Part shown: one piece after another, positions 39,839-49,131 of the stretch
Layout of the letters: each line of letters starts with the position of its first letter
Position numbering within the stretch: the stretch's first letter is position 1
Source: a virus
Strand: one strand, 5' to 3'
Length of the DNA stretch: 64,000 nt
IMG/VR virus record: IMGVR_UViG_3300030012_004221
Location: 1-64,000 of that record
The notes under the pieces: generated by a model
Seen by the model: the letters and a program-made list of their open reading frames with translations, nothing else
What the model was told of the DNA's origin: nothing
Databases searched by the model: none
Made by a program: the position numbers and the translations under genes

Positions 39839-40006
39839 TTAATATTCATCTTCACCAATCTCCCAACTTTTGGGATGTTTTGATTTTCTTTTATAATCTT
39901 TTTTACTTTTAACTACTTTTTCAGTTAATTTTTTTCCAATATGGTGGGCAGCTTCTCCATGAGACCACCCACCGTTGAAATCCAACTTCTTCTTCTTCTT
40001 TTTCAT
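39839..40006 (-). CDS. 55-aa basic protein with ArfA-like C-terminal motif
   Basis: Not in track: MKKKKKKLDFNGGWSHGEAAHHIGKKLTEKVVKSKKDYKRKSKHPKSWEIGEDEY; start overlaps upstream TAA. Confidence 0.6.
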   Translation of the reverse strand: MKKKKKKLDFNGGWSHGEAAHHIGKKLTEKVVKSKKDYKRKSKHPKSWEIGEDEY

Positions 40007-40803
40007 TATATCATATTCATTGGCTCATCAAATAACCAATTAACTTTATTTCTAGAATTTAAATTAAAGTATAATTTATTACCATTACCACCTCTTCGGT
40101 TTTTACTAAAATGTAAGTATCTACCTTGATCATCAAATTTCAAATGACCCATTGCTGTTGTCATGTGTTTAATTTTATTTGAACCAACGAACGTACCACC
40201 TTTAGTAACTTGTTGAATAATTAAAAATGTAGTATTGGTTTTAGATTCATTATTACCTAAATTATGCTCATCAAGTAATTGAAGAATTCTATTGGTATTT
40301 GACTTTCCAGTACCACCAAAGTAATCTACATAACTATCTGATATCTCAGCAAGTGAATCAATTAATACACAATCATATCCTTCTTTAAGAGCTGTTCTTA
40401 AAACAACATCAGGATTAACTTCTGTATAATCACCCATAAATAAAATATCTAATTTACCAAATTTAGGGAATCTTTTAACATAACCAACCATATCAATAGC
40501 ATTCATCTCACCTGATATAAATAAACATTTTTTCTTGTTTTTATTAAGATCACCTAAAATATCTAATAAAACAGTAGTTTTTCCAACACCTGGATCACCT
40601 GTAATTACAACATTTGTACCTGGCATAATACCATTATCTGAACTAAAAAATGCATCAACTTTAGTTTTAGTTCTCATTGGTTTAAATAATTTCTTATCGA
40701 AACTTAAATCATTCATTTTAACAGTTTTTACATTAATGCTTACTGTTTGAGGAGAATTAATTTTACTTGGACGACCTCTTTTAATTGTGTTTGAATTTGA
40801 CAT
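40006..40803 (-). CDS. RadA/Sms-like RecA-family ATPase
   Basis: GDPGVGKTT, ISGE, LIDS, QVTKGG...GS...KH, KNR. Confidence 0.85.
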   Translation of the reverse strand: MSNSNTIKRGRPSKINSPQTVSINVKTVKMNDLSFDKKLFKPMRTKTKVDAFFSSDNGIMPGTNVVITGDPGVGKTTVLLDILGDLNKNKKKCLFISGEMNAIDMVGYVKRFPKFGKLDILFMGDYTEVNPDVVLRTALKEGYDCVLIDSLAEISDSYVDYFGGTGKSNTNRILQLLDEHNLGNNESKTNTTFLIIQQVTKGGTFVGSNKIKHMTTAMGHLKFDDQGRYLHFSKNRRGGNGNKLYFNLNSRNKVNWLFDEPMNMI

Positions 40804-40835
40804 AACCTTTATTATTATTAATTATTTACTCTGTA

Positions 40836-40865
40836 AATATACGAACCCTCTCTCAGGAAACCAAA
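40836..40865 (-). promoter_or_regulatory. Early promoter TTTGG-N15-TTCGTATATTTAC
   Basis: Full consensus. Confidence 0.85.
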
Positions 40866-40882
40866 TATCTTCGTGGAAGTCT

Positions 40883-41779
40883 TTAAATTACTTTATTAAA
40901 TATTGCTTGTTCTTTTAATTTAGCTTCAATAACAATATCAGGATCTAAACCGTAAGTATTGATTTTATTGTAAATTAAATCTGAGTGTGCCTGTGGTCTA
41001 ATGGACTCATCTAATTTTTCTTTTCTCCTACTTTCTGAATAGTGACAACATTGTTTAACATTATCAGGCCAAGTTGCATATGCTGCTATTAACGCTTCTT
41101 CTTCAGTTAACCCACCTGTATTAAATTTATGATGGAAATAATCAAATACAACAGGTATCCCAATATTTAAATGGACTCCCTTTATTAAATCTTTAACAGA
41201 AAACTCATTTGGGGAATCATCATTTTCAACTACAAGTCGTTTTTTAGTATTATCATCTAATAATTCAAAATTTTTACAAAAACGTTCTAATGCTGCCTCT
41301 TTATCTCCATAAGCACCACCTACATGAATGTTAATTTTATTATAATTACTAGGTTCAAATCCCATCATATCAAATTGTTCTGAATGTTTATTTAGGCCTA
41401 TAACTGTACGTTTAACAACTTTATCATTTGGAGATGCTAAACAATGAAATGGACCAGGATGCATTGTAAGTCTTTGTTCTGATTCAGTAGCTATATTACC
41501 ACATTTTAACATTAATGATTTAATTTCATCCCAATCTTTTAAGTCTTCCCAATTATATTCTTCCATCCAAGGAAATATTTGAGATGATAATCTAAATAAT
41601 TTAATATTATGCTCATTATTCCAATGAATATGTGTTTCTAAATCTTTTACATTTTGAAGTGATAACTCAGAAACATAATCTAAACCCTTTGATTCAAATG
41701 TTTTTCTACGCATAGTCCTATTAGTAAAAATTCCATTTGATTTTAAAGCAGTATTAATACAGGCATAACCTAAATTCAT
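40883..41779 (-). CDS. uvsE: UV damage endonuclease
   Basis: LGYACIN, FRLSS, MHPG, INIHVG, ENDD, FDYFHH, HYSE, AHSD, IEAK. Confidence 0.95.
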   Translation of the reverse strand: MNLGYACINTALKSNGIFTNRTMRRKTFESKGLDYVSELSLQNVKDLETHIHWNNEHNIKLFRLSSQIFPWMEEYNWEDLKDWDEIKSLMLKCGNIATESEQRLTMHPGPFHCLASPNDKVVKRTVIGLNKHSEQFDMMGFEPSNYNKINIHVGGAYGDKEAALERFCKNFELLDDNTKKRLVVENDDSPNEFSVKDLIKGVHLNIGIPVVFDYFHHKFNTGGLTEEEALIAAYATWPDNVKQCCHYSESRRKEKLDESIRPQAHSDLIYNKINTYGLDPDIVIEAKLKEQAIFNKVI

Positions 41780-42417
41780 AATATAATAATTTTGATATTC
41801 TTTTCTATAGTAATATTTTCTCCCATATCTGAATTAAATAATGTTTTAGTAAATACGTTAATTGTATCTCCAATCATTTCATTATCTAACATAAAATTTT
41901 GCCTAGGTGTATAATTATATTTAGAATGTGATCCTAAGAGTGTAGAAGCATATGGACACTCAGAGCAAAAATTTTCAGGAATTTGATAACCAGCTATGTT
42001 GGTTGGTGGGTGAATATCCATTAAGTTAGACATAGTATAAACGTAGTTACCAATTGGAATTGGATTTTCCAAATTATCGTCATTAAACCAACCTAAATAA
42101 CTATACATGGGGGTTTGAAATTGTATTGAATCCATAATAATCCAATAATCGGAATCAAAACTAGATTCTACTAAAGGTACCCCATTTATAACATATTCAT
42201 CATTTAAAGGGGTTAAACTACCTTGTATTTGAAAATAATCTAAATCATCCCATTGAATTTCATAATAACCATTATTATTAGGGGATACAAATTGATTTTT
42301 ATAAACTACTTCCCATGATGTTTCACAATCACCATTACATGGTGTTGGATAAATTGTTTCTTTAGTACATGAGAATAAACTAAAAAAACTAAATAATATT
42401 AATATATTTTTATACAT
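41776..42417 (-). CDS. Lipoprotein
   Basis: Signal peptide ending SLFSC-TKE. Confidence 0.75.
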   Translation of the reverse strand: MYKNILILFSFFSLFSCTKETIYPTPCNGDCETSWEVVYKNQFVSPNNNGYYEIQWDDLDYFQIQGSLTPLNDEYVINGVPLVESSFDSDYWIIMDSIQFQTPMYSYLGWFNDDNLENPIPIGNYVYTMSNLMDIHPPTNIAGYQIPENFCSECPYASTLLGSHSKYNYTPRQNFMLDNEMIGDTINVFTKTLFNSDMGENITIEKNIKIIIL

Positions 42418-42865
42418 AACATTCTCCTATTTCATTAATAATTTCTTTTACTTCCTCCAAATCAACTTGAAAAAATTCACGTTGATTACTCAAGCGATAT
42501 TCACTTAATCTTTCATGAACATCCTTTTCCATATCTAACCCATTCCAACAACTATAAGCATACTCAACTTCATAGGGTAAAGCAACACCTGTTGCATTTG
42601 ATAATTGTCTTGCCCTTTCTTCGGGAGTATTATTAGTATAACCTATTTTAAATATTCCCGGTTGAACAGGATTAGATAAAACATAAACCCAAGAATCATG
42701 ATCACCATCACGATTTGTGTAAGAAAGTTTTTTACGATTTGTAAAATAATTTACATCTTCCCACCCATCACCTTTTAAAGAAGGGGATAAAGTAAAATAA
42801 GAAGCATCGGATACATCTTTAGCGGGAAAAAATTGGTTTGATTCTTTTATTGAAATTCTTTGCAT
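42410..42865 (-). CDS. GIY-YIG T5orf172-domain protein
   Basis: WVYVLSN...KIGYT...ERARQL...ATGV...REFF. Confidence 0.85.
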   Translation of the reverse strand: MQRISIKESNQFFPAKDVSDASYFTLSPSLKGDGWEDVNYFTNRKKLSYTNRDGDHDSWVYVLSNPVQPGIFKIGYTNNTPEERARQLSNATGVALPYEVEYAYSCWNGLDMEKDVHERLSEYRLSNQREFFQVDLEEVKEIINEIGECYV

Positions 42866-42891
42866 TTTTATAACCTTTATTTTGTGACATG

Positions 42892-42921
42892 AATATACGA
42901 AAGATATCTTGCTTATCCAAA
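42892..42921 (-). promoter_or_regulatory. Early promoter TTTGG-N15-TTCGTATATT
   Basis: Consensus; nearly identical to 51156-51185. Confidence 0.8.
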
Positions 42922-43009
42922 TTTATTTATAAAAGCGGTCTCGAAACTTCTCTCTTCTACAATATAGCATCTATAAATACGTATATACAGTATTATACAT
43001 TATTATACA

Positions 43010-43378
43010 CTATGATATAACTAAACTAAAATTACCAGTTGATTTTATGTAATATGAGTTAGCAGCAACTGTTTGTGTTGGTGTAAATTGAAATGATCCA
43101 CTACCATCTCCTCTTCCAATTGGTATAGCCCAGTGGGTAGAGCTTGAGACAATAAGGGATTGAGTTACATTACCATTAAATGTTCCAAACGATCCAGTAA
43201 GTAGTGTAGTGGAATTTAGATTTTGGTTTGCGGTAGCATTCCCCTCCAGTGTAAGATATCCTATTGGGAAATTATTATTAGACGCCGTTACGTTAAGAAC
43301 GGTAAATGTTTTAGCTCCTGACAGTTCTTCTCCTAACGTTCCGCTATTATGCATTTGTGCTGCTGTATATGTTGCCAT
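43010..43378 (-). CDS. Small beta-rich putative virion protein
   Basis: Late motif at 43395-43402; TAS/TGS/TQS/SSS/SGS triplets as in the baseplate proteins. Confidence 0.65.
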   Translation of the reverse strand: MATYTAAQMHNSGTLGEELSGAKTFTVLNVTASNNNFPIGYLTLEGNATANQNLNSTTLLTGSFGTFNGNVTQSLIVSSSTHWAIPIGRGDGSGSFQFTPTQTVAANSYYIKSTGNFSLVIS

Positions 43379-43402
43379 ACTGGAATTATTTTATTATAAA
43401 TA

Positions 43403-43810
43403 TCACGAGTTGTGGGCTCCGTTTATAATATCCGAAGAACTTAAATCACCATATCTCTTAACATATATTATTTCCTTGATGAATTCACTACCTATTATCT
43501 TTTTATCTTTATAGTCATCACCAATTAACATATATCTTGGGGAGTGTGCTTTGATTAGTTCAATTAATTCGTCATCCGTTGAAAAAGATACTACCGCATC
43601 TATATATTTAATAGCCTTTAAAAATTCTACTCTATGTTGTAAGTTATTTATAGGACGGTCATTTCCTTTCATCGACTGAATTCTATCATCCGTATCTATC
43701 CCCACTATTACCGGAAGACCCATTTGTCTTGCTCTTTGGAAGAGTTTGATATGCCCCATGTGGAGCACATCAAAACATCCATTTATCCAAACTATATTTT
43801 TATGAGGCAT
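43403..43810 (-). CDS. rfaE2: ADP-heptose synthase-like nucleotidyltransferase (HldE/RfaE domain II)
   Basis: NGCFDVLHMGH, GIDTD...KG..RPIN, GDDY, SSSDII. Confidence 0.85.
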   Translation of the reverse strand: MPHKNIVWINGCFDVLHMGHIKLFQRARQMGLPVIVGIDTDDRIQSMKGNDRPINNLQHRVEFLKAIKYIDAVVSFSTDDELIELIKAHSPRYMLIGDDYKDKKIIGSEFIKEIIYVKRYGDLSSSDIINGAHNS

Positions 43811-44615
43811 ACTCTAATGCAACATTAAATAATTCTTTATTTATTTTCATGTCTTGTTTGAAATTTTTAATTTCTCTAGCTTTTCTAAGCTTTCCACCTG
43901 CCATGTAATCAAAATCACCTTCAATGATTTTTTCTTGTACTACATTAAATACTGACCATAAATCATTTCCTTCATCTTCTTTTCTAACTGGTTTGATGAA
44001 TTCATCCATATTTATCTTAATTCTATTAAGTTCATCTTTTTTAAATCTAGTATTTAAAGCTTCTTTAGCAAATTCTAAAATTTGATTTTGCTCTAACTCT
44101 GTAGCTTTCATTTTATTCATTGATTCAACTGTTAATGGAAGATTTTCAACCATTTCTTTAATTTTAACTTGTAAATCATCAAATGAATAACCCATATGTC
44201 TCATTTTAACTGATTCAAATCTTGTATCGGCAATTACCAATCCATTAGAACAAACTAATCTGTATAAACCTGCTTCAAAATTAAAAGCATTTTTACCATC
44301 ATGAGAATTAGTCATTAATATTTGTGGAAATACTGTATCTCCATCCTGACCATTAATTACAACATCATCATTTCTAAATACCAATAAATGTTTTTGGAAT
44401 CCTTGTGTTGATTTTTTCCTTGCTTTTACCTCTTTTGCTTCAATTGGTTTCCAACCTAACAATTCCATATCATCAATTACTCTTTCTGTTGGAATATGAG
44501 TATAGTGTTTTGACACCTCACTACTTGGTGTTTTAGCAAATACTGCTGGTGCAAGTGATTTAATATTTTCTTTACTTAAATACTTAGCTGTTTGTAATGT
44601 TTCTTCGTTTAGCAT
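43800..44615 (-). CDS. DUF932/DUF945-family protein
   Basis: YTHIPT, KHLLVFR, NSHDG, GLYRLVCSNG, LWSVFNVVQE. Confidence 0.85.
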   Translation of the reverse strand: MLNEETLQTAKYLSKENIKSLAPAVFAKTPSSEVSKHYTHIPTERVIDDMELLGWKPIEAKEVKARKKSTQGFQKHLLVFRNDDVVINGQDGDTVFPQILMTNSHDGKNAFNFEAGLYRLVCSNGLVIADTRFESVKMRHMGYSFDDLQVKIKEMVENLPLTVESMNKMKATELEQNQILEFAKEALNTRFKKDELNRIKINMDEFIKPVRKEDEGNDLWSVFNVVQEKIIEGDFDYMAGGKLRKAREIKNFKQDMKINKELFNVALEYAS

Positions 44616-44646
44616 AACCTTGATTTTTAATTATTAATATGGGGTG

Positions 44647-44676
44647 AATATACGAACCCTCTCTCGGGGAACCAAA
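44647..44676 (-). promoter_or_regulatory. Early promoter TTTGG-N15-TTCGTATATT
   Basis: Consensus. Confidence 0.8.
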
Positions 44677-45001
44677 CATTTTACCGGAAGTCTTCAAAAG
44701 TTTTTAAAGAGCTGTTACAAATATAACAACCATTATAATCACATATATTATTGGGCTGAGGTCAATTTTTCTTTCCATGCTGATATATACATTACAACAT
44801 TCTATTATATGTGGTTTTAATATTAAGTAGTTATTACCAATATTATATCAATATATATTTTATCGATGCCAAAAATTTTGTTAAAAAAAGAATCCACATA
44901 TCACGATTTTTTAATCCCTTTACCCATATATATCCTTATATACAATCGATGCTTTAAGATCGTTTTCGAACCATAAAGACAGCTAAAACTTTTTTTGCGC
45001 A

Positions 45002-45340
45002 TATACACGCCCGATGGACGGCGGCTATCCGTGGGTAATTACGCGGGCGGTACGGCGTACCACGGCGAAAATATTATGTAAATATGTAAGTGATATAGCG
45101 GTGAGGATATATCATCCAGTAAGTACAACGGTAGGGATAGTTACGTACTAAGTACTAACCACCCCTACACAAGGTACTACATAAATAATAATTAAATAAT
45201 ACTAACTTACGTTACATTAAGGTAAGCGGTACGGCTAAGGTACTGATGTATGCCTCCCTACCGTCGTATTCTGCACCACCAATGCATGCTCATAACACAC
45301 AATCACCGTTATCCACCGCACCTCCGCGCGTGTTTACCAT
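45002..45340 (-). ncRNA. Candidate ~330-nt structured ncRNA (or structured origin/primer element)
   Basis: GC-rich ORF-free island directly downstream of the promoter at 45351-45380; nested helices whose G-U wobbles work only on the minus strand. Confidence 0.55.
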
Positions 45341-45347
45341 ATTTTAC

Positions 45348-45590
45348 CTAAATATACGAACAATTTTTTGCTTTTCCAAACCATTTTACACATGCCTTTT
45401 GTGAATAGTTGCGAACAACGCGTTTACTTTGCGGTTCGTAATATATACTCGTTCCTATAGGTAAGGGTTGGCTGCGCGGAATAAAGGGGTTAATGTGAGT
45501 GTGGTTTTGGTTTATATTCCCCCTCACTAGTTGTTCATATACTATTTGACTTCTTTTTGGTTGTGTCATACTTGGTATTTTGTTTGTCAT
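45348..45590 (-). CDS. Hypothetical protein (doubtful)
   Basis: 80 aa; 3' end runs through the promoter. Confidence 0.35.
   Translation of the reverse strand: MTNKIPSMTQPKRSQIVYEQLVRGNINQNHTHINPFIPRSQPLPIGTSIYYEPQSKRVVRNYSQKACVKWFGKAKNCSYI
45351..45380 (-). promoter_or_regulatory. Early promoter firing into non-coding DNA
   Basis: TTTGG-N15-TTCGTATATTTA with no ORF of 60 aa or more for ~670 nt downstream. Confidence 0.8.
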
Positions 45591-45717
45591 ACTTGGCTAA
45601 CCTCTTCTTAAACGCATTTAAGTTCTTTGATTTGTAATGATCCTCCACTACAGCCCAAATAACTGCTAACGTAAACACAACAGCAACACCCATAAAACCT
45701 AATAAACCTTCACTCAT
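45535..45717 (-). CDS. Small membrane protein
   Basis: N-terminal TM. Confidence 0.6.
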   Translation of the reverse strand: MSEGLLGFMGVAVVFTLAVIWAVVEDHYKSKNLNAFKKRLAKYDKQNTKYDTTKKKSNSI

Positions 45718-45733
45718 CGTTTAGTTATTTTAA

Positions 45734-45967
45734 TTAATATTCGTTTGAATCTTCCCCGTCGTCGCTGGAATTATCATCACCGTCACTCCATCTATCCCAA
45801 TCATTATTATCCTCATCTACCCATGGTTTGGTTTTAGGATCCTTTTCGGTTAATTTTTTCATATTAGCCTCCATTGTCATTTGTTTTAGAGCATTAATAT
45901 AATTAAACCTTTCAGTTACACTCATCATACGAAGCATATCTTTATCTAACTCACTATACTTTGGCAT
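45734..45967 (-). CDS. Hypothetical protein with acidic tail
   Basis: 77 aa. Confidence 0.6.
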   Translation of the reverse strand: MPKYSELDKDMLRMMSVTERFNYINALKQMTMEANMKKLTEKDPKTKPWVDEDNNDWDRWSDGDDNSSDDGEDSNEY

Positions 45968-45968
45968 A

Positions 45969-46295
45969 TTATAAATTTAATGATTTAACTTTTTTACTTA
46001 TTTCATTTGCAGTTTGAGCTGAACTCACAATAGCAATTACTTTAGCTACAGTGTCAGTTGACAACCACCCAGCAATCTGATCATCTTCTCTAATCTCAAT
46101 AAATCTTGAATCATTATCAAATACAGCAATTTCAGCACTTACTGAATCCCAGTAATCTTGTTTTTGAGGAGTACCATATGCATCTTTTTCTCTAACAGCA
46201 CAGTAATTACCTATACCCCACTGAACAGAAATACTAAATCCATTTTGGAAATCCATTTGAAATCCTTTATTCAAACAACTTGTAAACTTAGACAT
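45969..46295 (-). CDS. Conserved early phage protein (FQNGFSISVQW...GNYC...AEIAV...GW)
   Basis: Motif pattern; AAAGTTATG leader. Confidence 0.75.
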   Translation of the reverse strand: MSKFTSCLNKGFQMDFQNGFSISVQWGIGNYCAVREKDAYGTPQKQDYWDSVSAEIAVFDNDSRFIEIREDDQIAGWLSTDTVAKVIAIVSSAQTANEISKKVKSLNL

Positions 46296-46402
46296 AACTT
46301 TATTTTTTAACTATTAATAATCCTAATAATAATCCTAAATTAATACTAGCTAAAACTACTATCAACACTTCTAAAATACTCACTTCTATCATAACTTTTA
46401 TT

Positions 46403-46600
46403 TTAATAAAACATTCTATTCCAAGTCAACCAACTAGGTTCACTAACTAATTTACCATCTCTCTCAACAGTACATTTATTACCACATTTAGATACCTTAA
46501 TTAACTTATTATTCCCACAATAATCTTTACCAATTGATTCTCTTAATTCACCAATCTTATTAAATCCATCTAATTTATCTGTAATACTTAAATCTATCAT
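46403..46600 (-). CDS. Hypothetical early protein
   Basis: Follows promoter 46627; TAAAGGTTATG leader. Confidence 0.65.
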   Translation of the reverse strand: MIDLSITDKLDGFNKIGELRESIGKDYCGNNKLIKVSKCGNKCTVERDGKLVSEPSWLTWNRMFY

Positions 46601-46626
46601 AACCTTTATTTTTTATTTACAGGGTA

Positions 46627-46656
46627 AATATACGAACCCTTTCTCAGGTAGCCAAA
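46627..46656 (-). promoter_or_regulatory. Early promoter
   Basis: TTTGG-N15-TTCGTATATTTAC. Confidence 0.85.
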
Positions 46657-47096
46657 TCCTTTTGCATAAATCTATATAGTTCTAAAATAGTACCATCAAA
46701 ACTATAAACAATATCATGCATTTTACTTCTTTGAACTCTAAAATGTTTACTGAAATTATTAACTAGTCTATCCATCCTATCAGCTTCATCTTTCATTCCA
46801 TCTTCATACAATTTATTATAACGTTTTCTAGCTTTACTTTCAATTTCAATATAACGAATATCTTGTTCTATTTCATCTAAATTACCTTGATAATTATCTT
46901 TAAAATCCTTTTGTTCTTCTTTCATCCAATGTAATTCCCACTCAGCTTCTTGAAAAAATGGAGTTGGATCAAAATCACCATTTGTAATTTTATCTAATAA
47001 CCTTGCTTTGTAAGGTAAATTTTTATGTGATCTAAAACGTCTCCACCAATAGAAAGGCATTGCTCGTCTACCACTTGGTTTTTTAGGTACTCTCAT
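46644..47096 (-). CDS. Hypothetical protein
   Basis: 150 aa, FYWWRRF. Confidence 0.7.
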   Translation of the reverse strand: MRVPKKPSGRRAMPFYWWRRFRSHKNLPYKARLLDKITNGDFDPTPFFQEAEWELHWMKEEQKDFKDNYQGNLDEIEQDIRYIEIESKARKRYNKLYEDGMKDEADRMDRLVNNFSKHFRVQRSKMHDIVYSFDGTILELYRFMQKDLAT

Positions 47097-47569
47097 ACTC
47101 CTAAGTATTTTTTATATTTACTATCCATTTTATCATAATATTTAGTTTTTAAAATATTTTTATGAGCTAAATTTATGTCATTTAAATTGTTTATCAAAAC
47201 TAAAAAACAAGGAGCTAATGCTCTAGCATTAAAACCATCCACCTCTAATTTATCATTAGGATTAATACATAACGCTTTCCAATTACTTTGATCTGATGCT
47301 TCTAATACTTTATTTAAAAAATGCTGATAACGTTTAGTATCCCTTTCATCCATCTCAGCATGCTCTTGAATAAACACAGCTGAGTTTTTACCTGACTTAA
47401 TAAATTTATGCATACAAATAATAAAATCATTTTTAGTAGTTATACTATCTATGTAAATATTATCTGTTTCTCTTTCTTGTTTAGCAAAAGGACAAACAGG
47501 CATACCATTATATTCATCTCTTGGTATTTCTAGTACATTTTTAATATAATCTAATACTTTATTTTTCAT
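47093..47569 (-). CDS. DUF1415-like protein
   Basis: PVCPFAK motif; C-terminal YY. Confidence 0.6.
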   Translation of the reverse strand: MKNKVLDYIKNVLEIPRDEYNGMPVCPFAKQERETDNIYIDSITTKNDFIICMHKFIKSGKNSAVFIQEHAEMDERDTKRYQHFLNKVLEASDQSNWKALCINPNDKLEVDGFNARALAPCFLVLINNLNDINLAHKNILKTKYYDKMDSKYKKYLGV

Positions 47570-47684
47570 AAGCCCAAATTGAAGGAAGTCCTGAGTACTT
47601 ACAAATTAATTTATTATTAACTTTGTATAATTCTTCTTCCCATTCTTCATCTTCAATTTCATAATGTATTCCTGACATACACAT
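47559..47684 (-). CDS. Small hypothetical protein (CKYSGLPS)
   Basis: Likely start 47684, not the track start 47768. Confidence 0.5.
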   Translation of the reverse strand: MCMSGIHYEIEDEEWEEELYKVNNKLICKYSGLPSIWAYEK

Positions 47685-47685
47685 A

Positions 47686-47856
47686 TTAATGATCTTTATT
47701 TTTACAATTCTTTTTATGTTTAAACCATCCCCCACATTTACATTTAACATAGTAAATAGCTGGTCCAACGATTGGAACTGAAGCTGCTAAAGTAAAAATG
47801 TTTGGATGCCAATGTTCACCACAAAACCCAAATAAATGTTTTAAAAATTCTATCAT
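47686..47856 (-). CDS. 56-aa Cys/His-containing membrane-associated protein
   Basis: Not in track: MIEFLKHLFGFCGEHWHPNIFTL...CKCGGWFKHKKNC; ATGA overlap with ligase stop. Confidence 0.6.
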   Translation of the reverse strand: MIEFLKHLFGFCGEHWHPNIFTLAASVPIVGPAIYYVKCKCGGWFKHKKNCKNKDH

Positions 47857-49130
47857 AATTCTCTTTTTTCTCCGTGTATTATTTTTACTGTAGGAAATCT
47901 TAAACTTATCCCACCTTCTTGATTTGCAGTTTCCTCAAAATATTGTACAGTTATTGTTTTTCCTACAATAGAACCATCCATATATTGCAAACGCTGCTCT
48001 TGAGTAAATCCACTACCTACTTTTACTAAATAACCTTTATGCTCAATCCATACTTGTGATAACATAGTCATTGACTCTGACTTACCATCTCTAACTACTT
48101 CATGTGTATCAATATCCCAACCTAATACTTCATATTCAGCATCATGGAATTTTTTAACTTTAACTAGGTTTTTACTACGTTTACCTTCATAACCTACATT
48201 TTTACGTAACATAAATCCTTCCCAACCTTTTTCAGCTGATAGTTTATTCCATGTTTCAAAATGATCATCATCTGTTATTTGGAATTGATCTACATAATGT
48301 AATATTGATGTATCTGTAAACCTACCTCCTTGCCAAGCTCTTAAAGCACGTAACCTTTCAGTTAAGGGGGTATCACCTTTCTTTTGATTAAACTCCCATC
48401 TATGAATCATATCAAATATCATAAATATAGGATTTTCAATTTGATGATCTTTACGTCTAAGTTGTTTCATAACACCCTGAAAATCTTCATTACCATCTTC
48501 ATCCATTAAACATATTTCACCATCAAACACATAATTAACAATACCTGTGTTTTCAATAGCTTCTTTTACTTTATTTAAGGTAGTTAATTCTTTACCCATT
48601 CTAGAATATAATGTACAATCTCCATTTTGATCTACCACAGCTAAACATCTAACTCCATCTAATTTTCTTGAAGCATACCATCTATCATTCCAATCACATT
48701 TACCTTTATATTCTTGAGCCAATGCAACAGAAAATGTAGGAATTAAACCAGGAACTGCTTTATTAATAACTTTATCTCCTGCTCTAATTTTAAGATCTTT
48801 ATCTATAATACTTAAAACTAATTCTTCATGTTTAACACTATCACAAGTAGCCATAAGAAAACCATTTACAGCAGCAATTGCATCATGTCCTGTAATTTTT
48901 CTACTACTTAAATCATCTAATAACTCAAATATGGTTTGATAAGTATTATACTTAAATAACCCAGAATTCTTCCTACACGTTTTACCTGTGACAAAATACT
49001 GTTTGAAGGGGTTATATGTATATTCTAATACCTTATGTATAAACGCGTCACTTTGCGCTATAATCGCAACTTTTTGCGTGCTACTACTGGTAGCACGCAT
49101 TTCATTTACAAATCCTCTTAATATCTCCAT
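47853..49130 (-). CDS. ATP-dependent DNA ligase
   Basis: RKLDGVR, FDGEI, IFD, EGFMLR, KVK, VGSGF, LRFP. Confidence 0.95.
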   Translation of the reverse strand: MEILRGFVNEMRATSSSTQKVAIIAQSDAFIHKVLEYTYNPFKQYFVTGKTCRKNSGLFKYNTYQTIFELLDDLSSRKITGHDAIAAVNGFLMATCDSVKHEELVLSIIDKDLKIRAGDKVINKAVPGLIPTFSVALAQEYKGKCDWNDRWYASRKLDGVRCLAVVDQNGDCTLYSRMGKELTTLNKVKEAIENTGIVNYVFDGEICLMDEDGNEDFQGVMKQLRRKDHQIENPIFMIFDMIHRWEFNQKKGDTPLTERLRALRAWQGGRFTDTSILHYVDQFQITDDDHFETWNKLSAEKGWEGFMLRKNVGYEGKRSKNLVKVKKFHDAEYEVLGWDIDTHEVVRDGKSESMTMLSQVWIEHKGYLVKVGSGFTQEQRLQYMDGSIVGKTITVQYFEETANQEGGISLRFPTVKIIHGEKREL

Positions 49131-49131
49131 A

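Noticed and set aside
45002-45340. tRNA, tmRNA or RNase P identity for the GC island
   Set aside because: No T-loop/acceptor CCA end and no GAGGAAAGUCC-type signature seen on either strand
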